This document shows positions 26,566 through 36,630 of a DNA stretch of 64,000 nucleotides, piece by piece. The first letter of the stretch is position 1. Each line of letters opens with the position of its first letter. The notes under the pieces are model-generated. The model had not been told where the DNA came from. It did no database searches and worked only from the letters and a program-made list of their open reading frames with translations. The DNA lies in the NCBI GenBank assembly GCA_045640905.1, contig JAZUFW010000058.1, positions 9,881 to 73,880 on the forward strand, read 5' to 3'. This stretch comes from Lachnospiraceae bacterium. GTDB taxonomy: Bacteria; Bacillota; Clostridia; Lachnospirales; Lachnospiraceae. The translations under genes were made by a program, and so were the position numbers.

Positions 26566-28033
26566 ACTGAAATCTCTTCCTTTACAGGCCAAAATAAGCG
26601 GCATATATATTATTTCGAGTATCATGGTGCTGATAGTCAGCATCTTGCTGATTTACGGTATGAATGCCATGTCTGTGGAAATGGATATGGCCTATCAGGA
26701 TAACCGACGACTGAACGAATTGTCGGAAAGCCTTAATACCGTTCAGAATTCAATGACAGAGTACTTAAGTTATAAAACTTCTGATGCTTTGGAAAATTAT
26801 TATATATCGGATCAGGCGTTCAACGAGCAGATAGAAGAACTGTCTTCGGATATTTCGGATGATAAATATGCTTCGATGGAACGAAGTATTAAGAACATGT
26901 CACTTGATTACCTGGACAAGGTTTCAATGACCATTGAGGCAAAGCGAGGCCGTAATGTTGAAAAGTACAGAACGAATTACGAGGCGGCCACCAAGCTTTA
27001 TAATTATATAGGAACATATATAGTCAGCCTGAACGAGGAGCAGTTCGCATCAAACTCCGTAAAATACTCGGAAATCCTCAATTCTTTCAAGCGATTTGAA
27101 ATCATCGGCGTGCTGGTTATTACCATAGTAATTGTCAGCAATATCATCATGATTATCTCAATAGCGGGAGCTTTGATAAAGCCGCTTCGCGATTTGTCGG
27201 TTTCGGCAGAAGAAATAGCTGACGGTAATTTTGACATTGATCCTCCCGAGAGTAAATCCACTGATGAAATCGGTGTTTTGACCAAAGCCTTTAACAAGAT
27301 GGTCATCAGCATCAGAGAGTATATCAATCGCCTAAAGGAAAGTATGGAAAAAGAAAGATCCATGCAGGAAAAGGAACTTATGATGGAAACCCATCTTAAG
27401 GATGCACAGTTAAAATACCTGCAGGCGCAGATTAACCCGCATTTTCTTTTTAATACGCTGAACGCAGGAGCCCAATTGGCTATGATGGAAGGCGCAGACA
27501 GAACATATGAATATGTTCAGACTGTGGCGGATTTCTTCAGATATAACGTTAAAAAGCAGAATAATGAAGTGACGGTGCGGGAAGAAATCGAATTAATCGA
27601 TAACTACATTGAAATTCTGAATGTACGTTTCTCGGGCGATATTCATTACAGCAAACAGATTGATGAAAGATTATTGAATACATCGATGCCAAGTATGATT
27701 CTGCAGCCTATTGTCGAAAACTCCGTCAATCACGGAATACGTGAAATGGGAGATAAAGGACAGATTAATTTGAAAGTTTATCGCGAAGATGACTTGGTAA
27801 AGATATCCATAAAGGATAATGGAAAAGGTATGACGGAGGACGATATAGACAGAGTGTTAAACGGTACCTGGAAATATGAGGAACAAAAGTCGGATTCAAA
27901 CGGTATAGGTATGGATAATGTTATTGCCCGATTGAAACTCCATGCCGGGAACGATAAAGTCATTTCAATATTCAGTGAAGGACTCGGTAAGGGAACGGAA
28001 GTAGTATTGTCTTTGCCGTATATAAAGGAGTAA
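26558..28033 (+). CDS. Sensor histidine kinase, LytS/YesM type (HAMP + His_kinase + HATPase)
   Basis: QINPHFLFNTLN hallmark, HAMP (IGVLTKAFNKM) and an ATPase G-box (GIGMDNV). ATG at 26558 follows AAGGAGGA. Confidence 0.9.
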   Translation: MNRLKSLPLQAKISGIYIISSIMVLIVSILLIYGMNAMSVEMDMAYQDNRRLNELSESLNTVQNSMTEYLSYKTSDALENYYISDQAFNEQIEELSSDISDDKYASMERSIKNMSLDYLDKVSMTIEAKRGRNVEKYRTNYEAATKLYNYIGTYIVSLNEEQFASNSVKYSEILNSFKRFEIIGVLVITIVIVSNIIMIISIAGALIKPLRDLSVSAEEIADGNFDIDPPESKSTDEIGVLTKAFNKMVISIREYINRLKESMEKERSMQEKELMMETHLKDAQLKYLQAQINPHFLFNTLNAGAQLAMMEGADRTYEYVQTVADFFRYNVKKQNNEVTVREEIELIDNYIEILNVRFSGDIHYSKQIDERLLNTSMPSMILQPIVENSVNHGIREMGDKGQINLKVYREDDLVKISIKDNGKGMTEDDIDRVLNGTWKYEEQKSDSNGIGMDNVIARLKLHAGNDKVISIFSEGLGKGTEVVLSLPYIKE

Positions 28034-28037
28034 TCGC

Positions 28038-29630
28038 ATGTACAGGATTATGCTCGCAGATGACGAAGGAATTGTTATCGATTCCATGAAATTCATTATA
28101 GAAAAAGAATTCGGAGATGAATGTGAGGTTCAGTTCGCAAAGACAGGCAGAAGCGTTATCGAACTGGCAGAAAATTTCAGACCGGACATAGCCATAATGG
28201 ACATTCAAATGCCGGGAATCAATGGGATAGAGGCGATGAAGGAAATTCAGAAATTTTCAAAAAACACCGTCTTTATCGTAATGAGTGCATATGACAAATT
28301 CGATTATGCAAAGGAAGCCATAAAACTCGGAGTTCTGGAATATATAAATAAACCGATGGAACGCACCAAAGTGGTGGCGACCATCAAAAAGGCAATGGAA
28401 GTAATCGACTCCGAAAGAAAAAAGCGCTCGGAAAATCTGCTGATTAAGGAAAAACTCGAAACGGTTGAGCCTATTATCGAAAACGGTTTGATATACAGTA
28501 TTTTGCTTCGTGAAAAATACGATGATGATATTGATAATTATAAAACGGTTCTTTCAATTGATGCGGATTACGGCTATATGATTGCTGTGGTATGCGGAGA
28601 TTCGCAGGAGGGTTCGCACATGACGAATGCAGTGGGTTCGTCCGTAAAAATCTCGATGAAGTATAACGAGATTCGAGAAGCCCTGAAGGAAACATATGAT
28701 TGTAAGGTCGGAGCCGTAATGGCAAACAAAGTCGCCGTGTTTATTCCTTACGATAAAGAAAACATGGACTATAACGACAGAATCGCACTGATAGAAAAAA
28801 CGAGAGAACTTAACAGATATTTGCGTAAAAAAACAGATATCAGTTTCAGAATGGGAATCGGACGTGTTAAACCGCTTCATATGCTTAATGAGTCATATGA
28901 CGATGCACTCAATGCACTGTCGGCATCAACAGGTTTAGTGGCACATGCGGAGGATTTGCCGATAGGATGCGAATACGGAGACGATTACCCGATTGATTAT
29001 GAAAACGGATTATTCGAATCCGTTGAAAAGGGCCGATTGGATGAGGCTTTGTTTTTCGCTGACAAATTTGTGGACTGGATGTTCGATACATTTCCGGAAA
29101 ACATTAATTCAATCAGACTTAAAGTGCTGGAATTTGCCATGAGAGCGGAGAGCCTTGCTTATTTGAACGGTGGCATGATCTACGAATTCAGAGCCAGAGA
29201 CAATTATCTGTCGGAAGTGATGAATATGTCTGCTTTGTCGGAGTTTCGCACCTGGTTCACTTCCAAAATCAGTACCTGTTGCCGTAATATTCAAAGTAAA
29301 CGTGACGAAAAGTCAAATGATGTAATAAAGAGTGTTAAAGATTATATCAATGAGAATTTTTCAAAGGATATTTCACTTGATGACGCATCAAGAATTGTCG
29401 GCATTTCTCCTTACTATTTCAGCAAGATTTTTAAGGAAGAAACGGGCGAAAACTTTATCGAATACCTGACAGCTGTCAGAATAGAAAAAGCAAAGGAACT
29501 GCTGAGCAATTCGAAACTATCAATGAAAGAGATATGTCAGATGTGCGGTTATTCCGATCCCAATTATTTCAGCAGAACCTTTAAAAAGAATGTCGGGGTA
29601 ACACCTACGGAGTATAAGGACAATAATTAG
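28038..29630 (+). CDS. Response regulator, YesN type (CheY receiver + AraC HTH)
   Basis: ADDE...DIAIMDIQMPGINGIE receiver and a C-terminal AraC helix-turn-helix (CGYSDPNYFSRTFKK). Confidence 0.9.
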   Translation: MYRIMLADDEGIVIDSMKFIIEKEFGDECEVQFAKTGRSVIELAENFRPDIAIMDIQMPGINGIEAMKEIQKFSKNTVFIVMSAYDKFDYAKEAIKLGVLEYINKPMERTKVVATIKKAMEVIDSERKKRSENLLIKEKLETVEPIIENGLIYSILLREKYDDDIDNYKTVLSIDADYGYMIAVVCGDSQEGSHMTNAVGSSVKISMKYNEIREALKETYDCKVGAVMANKVAVFIPYDKENMDYNDRIALIEKTRELNRYLRKKTDISFRMGIGRVKPLHMLNESYDDALNALSASTGLVAHAEDLPIGCEYGDDYPIDYENGLFESVEKGRLDEALFFADKFVDWMFDTFPENINSIRLKVLEFAMRAESLAYLNGGMIYEFRARDNYLSEVMNMSALSEFRTWFTSKISTCCRNIQSKRDEKSNDVIKSVKDYINENFSKDISLDDASRIVGISPYYFSKIFKEETGENFIEYLTAVRIEKAKELLSNSKLSMKEICQMCGYSDPNYFSRTFKKNVGVTPTEYKDNN

Positions 29631-29647
29631 CGGTAAAGGTATACGGA

Positions 29648-30694
29648 ATGAAAAGATTAATAAAATCGATAGGATTGCTACTTTTAATCGGAGCAATTTT
29701 TCTGACAGGCTGTCAAAACACCAAAGAGCAGAAAATTGCATCGGCCGATAAAGTGGAAAACAAACTTCAGATAGGAATGAGTTTTGATTCTTTCATTATA
29801 GAAAGATGGCAGCGTGACAGAGATATCTTTGTTTCTGCCGCCAAAGAACTCGGCGCGGAGGTTAATGTTCAAAATGCGAATGGTGATGTGAATGCGCAGA
29901 TAGATCAGATAGACTATTTTATCAAAAAGGGAATGGATGTAATCGTAATAGTCTGTATTGACTCCGATGCTTTGTCCAATTCGGTAAAGAAAGCAAAAGA
30001 TGCCGGAATCAAAGTCATTGCGTATGACAGATTGATTAATAATGCGGATATTGATCTTTATATTACCTTTGACAACGAGATGGTAGGATCCCTGATGGGC
30101 ATGAGCCTTATCCAAAGCGGTATTGAGAACGGTAAAGTAATCGAAATAGGCGGCTCACTGACCGATAATAATGTTTCAATGGTTGAGAACGGATTTAATA
30201 AGGTAATGGCCGATAATAATATAGAAGTTTTGGATACCACGCATTGTGACGGCTGGAAAGCTGAAATAGCCGGAGAATACGTATATGAGAATCTGGGACT
30301 GGTGGAACAGGCAGATGCCATTATGTGCGGTAATGATGATATTGCCACCGAAGTGGTCAGAACACTGTCCGAAAACCGTATTGCGGGTAATGTGTTGGTA
30401 ACAGGTCAGGATGCGGATTTGTCCGCATGCCAGAGAATTGTGGAAGGAACGCAGCTGATGACGGTGTATAAGCCCGTTGAAAAACTGGCAACCAGAGCGG
30501 CCCAGTGTGCTGTTGCCATGGCGAAGGGCGAGAATCTTGAAGGTGATGACGTTACGACAATGCAAAGCGGAAATTATTCGTTTCCATATCTGGGACTTGA
30601 ACCGGTGTGCGTAACAAAAGAAAACATGGATGAAGTAATAATCGGCAGCGGATTCCACCTGAAAGAAGAAGTTTATTTGAATGTGACAAAATAA
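29648..30694 (+). CDS. XylF-like sugar-binding lipoprotein (probable XylFII-type sensor component)
   Basis: Lipobox LTGC. IERWQRDRDIF, IKVIAYDRLINNADIDLYITFDN resemble E. coli XylF (recalled). Confidence 0.8.
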   Translation: MKRLIKSIGLLLLIGAIFLTGCQNTKEQKIASADKVENKLQIGMSFDSFIIERWQRDRDIFVSAAKELGAEVNVQNANGDVNAQIDQIDYFIKKGMDVIVIVCIDSDALSNSVKKAKDAGIKVIAYDRLINNADIDLYITFDNEMVGSLMGMSLIQSGIENGKVIEIGGSLTDNNVSMVENGFNKVMADNNIEVLDTTHCDGWKAEIAGEYVYENLGLVEQADAIMCGNDDIATEVVRTLSENRIAGNVLVTGQDADLSACQRIVEGTQLMTVYKPVEKLATRAAQCAVAMAKGENLEGDDVTTMQSGNYSFPYLGLEPVCVTKENMDEVIIGSGFHLKEEVYLNVTK

Positions 30695-30713
30695 CTTTTC
30701 TAGACATTATTGC

Positions 30714-30760
30714 AAAAAGTTGTGCAGCATGACAAAAAAATGCTAGCACAACTTTTTTTA
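30714..30760. terminator. Rho-independent terminator (A-run/hairpin/T-run)
   Basis: aaaaaGTTGTGCAGCAT-gacaaaaaa-ATGCTaGCACAAC-ttttttt. Confidence 0.8.
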
Positions 30761-30876
30761 TTATTTCCGCGAAGTCGAAAAAATGAAGAATGTCGTAAAT
30801 TATTCCTATTTTATTTGTGATAGAGTCTAACTTGTAAAGCAAAACACTTCAATTTCATATGGGAGGTAAAAAAGAA

Positions 30877-31998
30877 ATGAAGAGAAAATTTTTATGTATT
30901 GCACTTGTAGTTGCAATGATCGCATCTTTATTGCTTACAGGATGCGGCGGATCAGGTTCAGGTAAGAAAAAGGTTGGTATCTCAATGCCCACTAAGTCTC
31001 TTGAGAGATGGAACCGTGATGGTTCATACCTTAAGGAACAGTTCGAAGCAAAGGGATTCGAAGTTGAACTTACTTACTCTGATAACAACAACGACCAGCA
31101 GAACAACGATATCGCTAATATGTTAGCTGACAAGGTTGACGTACTTATCGTAGCTGCTATTGATGGTGAAGCTCTTGCTCAGACACTTGCTGATGCTAAG
31201 GCTCAGAACGTTCCCGTTATCGCTTATGACCGTATGATTACTAACTCTGATGCAGTTAACTACTACGTATCATTCGATAACTACACAGTTGGTGTTCTCC
31301 AGGCTCAGTACGTTATCAACGCATTAGGTCTTGACAGCGCAGCAGGTCCTTTCAACATTGAGTTCACAGCAGGTGATCCCGCTGATAACAATGCCGGATA
31401 CTTCTTCAACGGTGCTTATGACACATTAAAGCCTTACCTTGATAACGGCACATTGGTTATTCCTTCAGGAAAGAACACATTTGAACAGGTTGCTACATTG
31501 TCTTGGGCTACAGATACAGCTTTGGAAAACTTCCAGAACACTCTTGCTTCTTACTACGGAGACGGAACAGTATTAGACATCGCTCTTTGCTCTAACGACT
31601 CTACAGCTCTTGGTGTTGCTCAGGCTATTACATCTGACTACGCAGGATCAAACGCTCCTATCGTTACAGGTCAGGATGGTGATATCGCTAACTTAAAGAA
31701 CATCGTTGACGGTGTACAGACAATGACAGTTTACAAGAACGTTGCTGATGAAGCAGGCGTTACATTAGTTCTTGCAGAAGCTCTCCTTAACGGTGATACA
31801 ATTGATGCTTCTTTGTGCGATAAGTTCTCTGCAGAAGCAGCTTACAACACAACAGATTACTCTAACGGTACAAACGCTGTTACATCATACCTCTTGGTTC
31901 CTTACTCAATCGACAAGGCTAACTTACAGCTCCTCGTTGATACAGGAAACTACAAGTGGGATGCTGACAACAAGTATCTTGAATCTACAGCTAACTAA
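30877..31998 (+). CDS. ABC transporter sugar-binding lipoprotein (ChvE/multiple-sugar type)
   Basis: Lipobox LTGCGG. SLERWNRDG and VPVIAYDRMITN. ATG at 30877 follows GGGAGG. Confidence 0.9.
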   Translation: MKRKFLCIALVVAMIASLLLTGCGGSGSGKKKVGISMPTKSLERWNRDGSYLKEQFEAKGFEVELTYSDNNNDQQNNDIANMLADKVDVLIVAAIDGEALAQTLADAKAQNVPVIAYDRMITNSDAVNYYVSFDNYTVGVLQAQYVINALGLDSAAGPFNIEFTAGDPADNNAGYFFNGAYDTLKPYLDNGTLVIPSGKNTFEQVATLSWATDTALENFQNTLASYYGDGTVLDIALCSNDSTALGVAQAITSDYAGSNAPIVTGQDGDIANLKNIVDGVQTMTVYKNVADEAGVTLVLAEALLNGDTIDASLCDKFSAEAAYNTTDYSNGTNAVTSYLLVPYSIDKANLQLLVDTGNYKWDADNKYLESTAN

Positions 31999-32033
31999 TA
32001 GCTCTTTTTACAGTAATTAATAATCAAATTAAA

Positions 32034-32067
32034 GAGGGCAGGGAAATGTCCCTGTCCTCTTTTTTAC
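32034..32067 (+). terminator. Intra-operon hairpin/attenuator between the binding-protein and ATPase genes
   Basis: AGAGGGCAGGGA-aatg-TCCCTGTCCTCT followed by TTTTTT. Confidence 0.7.
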
Positions 32068-32083
32068 GCAGGAGGTTAACACA

Positions 32084-33637
32084 TTGGCTGATCATATTCT
32101 CGTGATGAAGAACATCACGAAAGAGTTCCCCGGTGTAAAAGCATTGGACAATGTTAACCTGGAAGTTGAACGTGGAGAGATTCATGCACTCGTCGGAGAA
32201 AACGGTGCAGGAAAATCGACACTGATGAACGTTCTTTCGGGAACATATCCGTATGGAAGTTATACCGGCGATATTATTTACAATGGTGAAGAATGTCAAT
32301 TTAATACTTTAAGGGACAGTGAAGAAAGAGGAATTGTTATTATTCACCAGGAACTGGCACTTATTCCTGAATTGTCTATCGGTGAGAATATGTTCCTTGG
32401 CAATGAGCGCAAGGGCAAAATGGGAATCGACTGGGATCGCACTTATCATGAAGCCAGAGAGCACATGAACCAGGTTGGTCTTAAAGACGATGAACACACC
32501 TTAATCAAAGATATAGGTACCGGTAAACAGCAGTTGGTAGAAATTGCAAAAGCACTTTCAAAGAATGTTAAGCTGCTTATCCTGGATGAGCCTACATCTT
32601 CACTTAACGAAGAAGATTCCAAGATGTTACTTAATCTGCTTTTAGAGTTCAAAAAGCAGGGAATGACATCGATTATTATTTCACATAAACTTAACGAGGT
32701 TGCTTATGTAGCCGACAGAATTACGGTTATCAGAGACGGTTCTACTATTGAAACCATTGATAACCAGTCACGTACGGTTGATGAAGACCGTATCATTAAG
32801 GGAATGGTTGGTCGTGAACTAACCGACCGTTATCCCTCAAGAGAACATCACATCCTTGACGAAATCGGAATGGAAGTCAAGAATTGGACCGTTCATCACC
32901 CCGTATATCAGGAAAAGATTGTTGACGACAACATTTCTTTCTATGTACGCAAAGGTGAAATAGTAGGTTTCTCCGGGCTTCAGGGTGCCGGCAGAACAGA
33001 ACTTGCTATGTCAATTTTCGGTCATGCTTACGGCACAAACATTTCCGGACAGTTATTTATTAACGGAAAAGAAGTCCATGCAACGAATGAACATCAGGCT
33101 ATTGAAGCCGGATTGGCATACGTTACCGAAGACAGAAAAGGAAACGGATTAATCCTTCCGATGTCCATTGCCATCAATACTACAATGGCCCGCATGGACA
33201 AGGTTTGTGATAACGGCATAATTAATGTGGCAAAAGAGAATAAGGTTGCTGAGGAATACAAAGAAAAGCTTCGTACAAAGACTCCTTCCGTTCAACAGGA
33301 AGTAGGTAATTTGTCAGGCGGAAATCAGCAGAAGGTTTTATTGGCTAAATGGATGTTTGCCGATTCGGATGTACTTATTCTTGATGAACCCACACGAGGT
33401 ATCGATGTAGGTGCTAAGTATGAAATATACTGCATCATGAATGATCTGGTTGCACAGGGTAAATCAGTTATTATGATTTCTTCGGAAATGCCCGAGATAC
33501 TCGGTATGTGTGACAGAGTATATGTCATGAGCGAAGGAAAGATGGCTGCTGAGTTCGACGCTAAAGACGCTACTCAGGAAAAGATTATGGCCGCAATCCT
33601 TAAGAGTGAAAAAACGGAAGAGAATGGAGAGGAATAG
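32084..33637 (+). CDS. Sugar ABC transporter ATP-binding protein (two ABC domains, GguA/XylG/MglA type)
   Basis: Walker A GENGAGKST. ABC signature LSGGNQQK in the second domain, with a degenerate IGTGKQQ in the first. TTG start at 32084, 8 nt after AGGAGG. Confidence 0.9.
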   Translation: MADHILVMKNITKEFPGVKALDNVNLEVERGEIHALVGENGAGKSTLMNVLSGTYPYGSYTGDIIYNGEECQFNTLRDSEERGIVIIHQELALIPELSIGENMFLGNERKGKMGIDWDRTYHEAREHMNQVGLKDDEHTLIKDIGTGKQQLVEIAKALSKNVKLLILDEPTSSLNEEDSKMLLNLLLEFKKQGMTSIIISHKLNEVAYVADRITVIRDGSTIETIDNQSRTVDEDRIIKGMVGRELTDRYPSREHHILDEIGMEVKNWTVHHPVYQEKIVDDNISFYVRKGEIVGFSGLQGAGRTELAMSIFGHAYGTNISGQLFINGKEVHATNEHQAIEAGLAYVTEDRKGNGLILPMSIAINTTMARMDKVCDNGIINVAKENKVAEEYKEKLRTKTPSVQQEVGNLSGGNQQKVLLAKWMFADSDVLILDEPTRGIDVGAKYEIYCIMNDLVAQGKSVIMISSEMPEILGMCDRVYVMSEGKMAAEFDAKDATQEKIMAAILKSEKTEENGEE

Positions 33638-33639
33638 TC

Positions 33640-34800
33640 ATGAAAGCAAAAGCATTTGTTAAAAAATATACCATGGTTATTGCCTTGGTTATCGTGTTCA
33701 TACTGTTTACGGCATTGACCGGCGGACGTCTTTTGTACGCACAGAACCTTTCGAACCTGTTACTTCAGAACTCTTACGTTCTGGTACTGGCATGCGGTAT
33801 GCTTCTTTGTATACTTACCGGTGGTAACGTCGATCTTTCTGTCGGATCAACAGTATGTTTGGTCGGAGCTTTGGCTGCTCAGTTATTGGACAAAACAGAT
33901 ATCAATGCAATATTCGTAATTATTATCTGCCTGTTGGCAGGTGCGGTAATCGGTGTCCTTCAGGGATATTTAATCGGTTACGTACATATACCTCCTTTTA
34001 TTTGTACATTGGCAGGTATGTTCTTATTCAGAGGTTTGGGTCGTGTATTTTTGAATTCAAAGACTGTTGCAGTAAGCAACGAATTGTTCTTAAAAATATT
34101 CTTCTCATATATAACAGTTCCCGGACTTGATGACGGAGATATTAAGATTTCCGCTATCATCCTCGGAGCAGCAGTTGCAATCGGACTTATGGTTGCATTC
34201 TTCAATGCCAGAAATAAGAAAGCAAAGAAAGGATTCGCTGTTGAACCTTTCGGACCTGCTTTTGCAAAGCAGGCAGTTATAGTTGTTGTTATTATGGCAT
34301 ACTGCATCATGCTTTCTCAGTATAAGGGCGTTTCAATTATGTTGTTATGGGTTATTGCCATTTGTGTAATCTATGCATTTATTACCAGCTCAACAGCATT
34401 CGGACGTTACTTCTACGCAGTAGGCGGAAACGAAAAAGCTACAAAGCTTTCAGGTATCGACACTCGTAAGGTTTACTTCATCGCATACGCTTCAATGTCA
34501 TTCCTGGCAGGTCTTTCAGGACTTTTGATGGCAGCTCGTATCGGATCAATAAACGGTGATACAGGTACTTCTTTTGAAATGGATGCTATCGCGTCATGTT
34601 TCATCGGTGGTGCCAGCGCATACGGCGGTTCCGGAACGATTGCAGGTGTATGTATCGGTGCTATTTTCCTTGGCGTTATTAACCAGGGTATGTCAATCAT
34701 CGGTCTTGATAACAACTGGCAGTACGTAGTTAAAGGTATAGTATTGCTTGTGGCCGTTGTATTTGACGTAGTTTCAAATCACAAGACAGGTAAGTCTTAA
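33640..34800 (+). CDS. Sugar ABC transporter permease (GguB/XylH type)
   Basis: 386 aa polytopic protein. FGRYFYAVGGNEKATKLSGI motif. Confidence 0.9.
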   Translation: MKAKAFVKKYTMVIALVIVFILFTALTGGRLLYAQNLSNLLLQNSYVLVLACGMLLCILTGGNVDLSVGSTVCLVGALAAQLLDKTDINAIFVIIICLLAGAVIGVLQGYLIGYVHIPPFICTLAGMFLFRGLGRVFLNSKTVAVSNELFLKIFFSYITVPGLDDGDIKISAIILGAAVAIGLMVAFFNARNKKAKKGFAVEPFGPAFAKQAVIVVVIMAYCIMLSQYKGVSIMLLWVIAICVIYAFITSSTAFGRYFYAVGGNEKATKLSGIDTRKVYFIAYASMSFLAGLSGLLMAARIGSINGDTGTSFEMDAIASCFIGGASAYGGSGTIAGVCIGAIFLGVINQGMSIIGLDNNWQYVVKGIVLLVAVVFDVVSNHKTGKS

Positions 34801-34815
34801 AGAAAGAACGAATAT

Positions 34816-35043
34816 ATGGATGATTTACGCAGTAATCCCGTAATACATGGAATATTATTGATTCTGATCGGTGCCTATATGGCTTTTATGGGATACAAAA
34901 TACATGACAATACGGTAAAGGGGTTATCGAATATGAGTATGCAGACGACCATGACGGTTATGATTTGTATGCTGATTGTCGGTGTTTTGATTATTGGATA
35001 CGGTGTATTCATATTGATTCGATCAAAGAAAAATAAAAAGTAA
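34816..35043 (+). CDS. Small membrane protein with two TM helices
   Basis: 75 aa, two hydrophobic helices, directly after the permease gene and before a terminator. Confidence 0.45.
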   Translation: MDDLRSNPVIHGILLILIGAYMAFMGYKIHDNTVKGLSNMSMQTTMTVMICMLIVGVLIIGYGVFILIRSKKNKK

Positions 35044-35080
35044 AGATCCTATTCCTTTAGTTGGGTTAATAAGACGCGGG

Positions 35081-35118
35081 AGAGATGTGTTCGACTGGAC
35101 ACATCTCTTTCTCGTTTT
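35081..35118 (+). terminator. Rho-independent terminator
   Basis: AGAGATGTGT-tcgactgg-ACACATCTCT followed by TTCTCGTTTT. Confidence 0.8.
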
Positions 35119-35206
35119 ATGGAAGAGCCTTTTGGGGGGCGCGCTGATTGGGCAGCAAGAAAACGCGATATTTCTTTTTGTTGAAAAAGGTTTATAATAT
35201 GAGATT

Positions 35207-36568
35207 ATGAAAAGAAACAAATCATATGAAATGGATATGACGGAAGGCGGCATTTTGCCTAAACTGTTGGTATTTTCGATTCCGCTTATAGCATCCGGCG
35301 TTTTGCAGCTTTTGTTTAATGCGGCCGATGTCATAGTGGTCGGAAGATTTGCGGGAGAAGAAAGCCTGGCCGCAGTCGGATCCACTTCGTCATTAACCAA
35401 TTTAATAATTAATCTGTTTATCGGCTTTTCCATAGGAGCAAACGTTCTGGCCGCCAATTTCTACGGAGGAAAAAAGGAAAAGGATATTTCGGATACGGTA
35501 CACACCTCGATTCTGTTCAGCCTGATAGGCGGAGTGATATTGACCTTCGCAGGGCTTATTTTGTCGCGCCCTATGTTGTCATTAATGGGAACTCCGGAGG
35601 ATGTCATCAATCATTCGGTAACGTATATGCGAATATACTTTTTGGGCATGCCGGTAATGATGCTCTACAATTTCGGTTCATCGATTCTTCGCGCTGTCGG
35701 AGATACAAAGAGACCTTTATATTATCTTACGATAGCAGGGGTAATCAATGTTGTGCTGAACCTCTTTTTCGTAATTGTCCTCGGGATGGGTGTTGCCGGG
35801 GTTGCTATTGCTACCGTGGTATCGCAGGCAGTATCGGGAATACTGGTATTAAGATGCTTAATTAAAGCCGAAGGTGCTTTTCATTTGGACCTGAAAAAAT
35901 TGAGGATTAATTGGAAAATTTTGGGAAAGATAGCTGCCATAGGTCTGCCTGCGGGAATTCAAGGGTCCTTGTTCAGCATTTCAAATATTATCATTCAATC
36001 CTCAATCAATTCGTTCGGCTCTGTGGTGATGGCCGGAAACACGGCAGCATCAAATGTTGAAGGATTTGTATATACGTCAATGAATGCCGTTGCACAGACA
36101 ACGGTCAGTTTCGTCGGACAAAATGCCGGAGCGAAGAAATTAAAGAGAATTCGCAGAGTCATTATCGACTGTTTTGTGCTGGTAACTGTTGTCGGCCTTG
36201 TTTTGGGTAATCTCTGTGTTATTTTTGACGGTCCGCTTTTGGGGCTATATTCGTCAGCCGACGAAGTAATAAAAGCAGGCTCTATCAGACTGAAGTATAT
36301 CGGAACGCTCTATTGCACGTGCGGAATAATGGAAGTTTTGGTCAGCGGAATGAGAGGGCTCGGAAGAAGTATTGTTCCGACCATAATTTCATTGCTGGGA
36401 GCATGTGTCTTTCGTATTATTTATATTTTTACATATTTTGCAAATCATAAATCGCTGGAGATTTTGTATTTATCTTACCCGATTTCCTGGGTTATCACAT
36501 CGCTGGCACATCTTTGCGCGCTTATACTGATTTATAGGAGCTTTTGCAGAAATATTTCACAAAAATAA
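35207..36568 (+). CDS. MATE family efflux transporter
   Basis: 453 aa, 12 TM helices. IPLIASGVLQLLFNAADVIVVGRF and GDTKRPL motifs. Confidence 0.9.
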   Translation: MKRNKSYEMDMTEGGILPKLLVFSIPLIASGVLQLLFNAADVIVVGRFAGEESLAAVGSTSSLTNLIINLFIGFSIGANVLAANFYGGKKEKDISDTVHTSILFSLIGGVILTFAGLILSRPMLSLMGTPEDVINHSVTYMRIYFLGMPVMMLYNFGSSILRAVGDTKRPLYYLTIAGVINVVLNLFFVIVLGMGVAGVAIATVVSQAVSGILVLRCLIKAEGAFHLDLKKLRINWKILGKIAAIGLPAGIQGSLFSISNIIIQSSINSFGSVVMAGNTAASNVEGFVYTSMNAVAQTTVSFVGQNAGAKKLKRIRRVIIDCFVLVTVVGLVLGNLCVIFDGPLLGLYSSADEVIKAGSIRLKYIGTLYCTCGIMEVLVSGMRGLGRSIVPTIISLLGACVFRIIYIFTYFANHKSLEILYLSYPISWVITSLAHLCALILIYRSFCRNISQK

Positions 36569-36630
36569 CGTAACACATGATATAATAAGGGTGATTATGG
36601 GATGTTTTACCCAAAAAGGAGAATGTGGAA

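Noticed and set aside
25924-26643. Long antisense ORFs inside well-supported genes: 25924-26643, 38567-39217, 38820-39449, 58465-59100, 59401-60117, 7829-8605, 3954-4523 and 43761-44294 (160-260 aa each).
   Set aside because: In each case the sense strand carries clear family motifs, RBSs and operon logic. The antisense translations are rich in I, F, L, S and R, have no recognisable domains or RBSs, and fit the usual pattern of shadow ORFs opposite coding frames.
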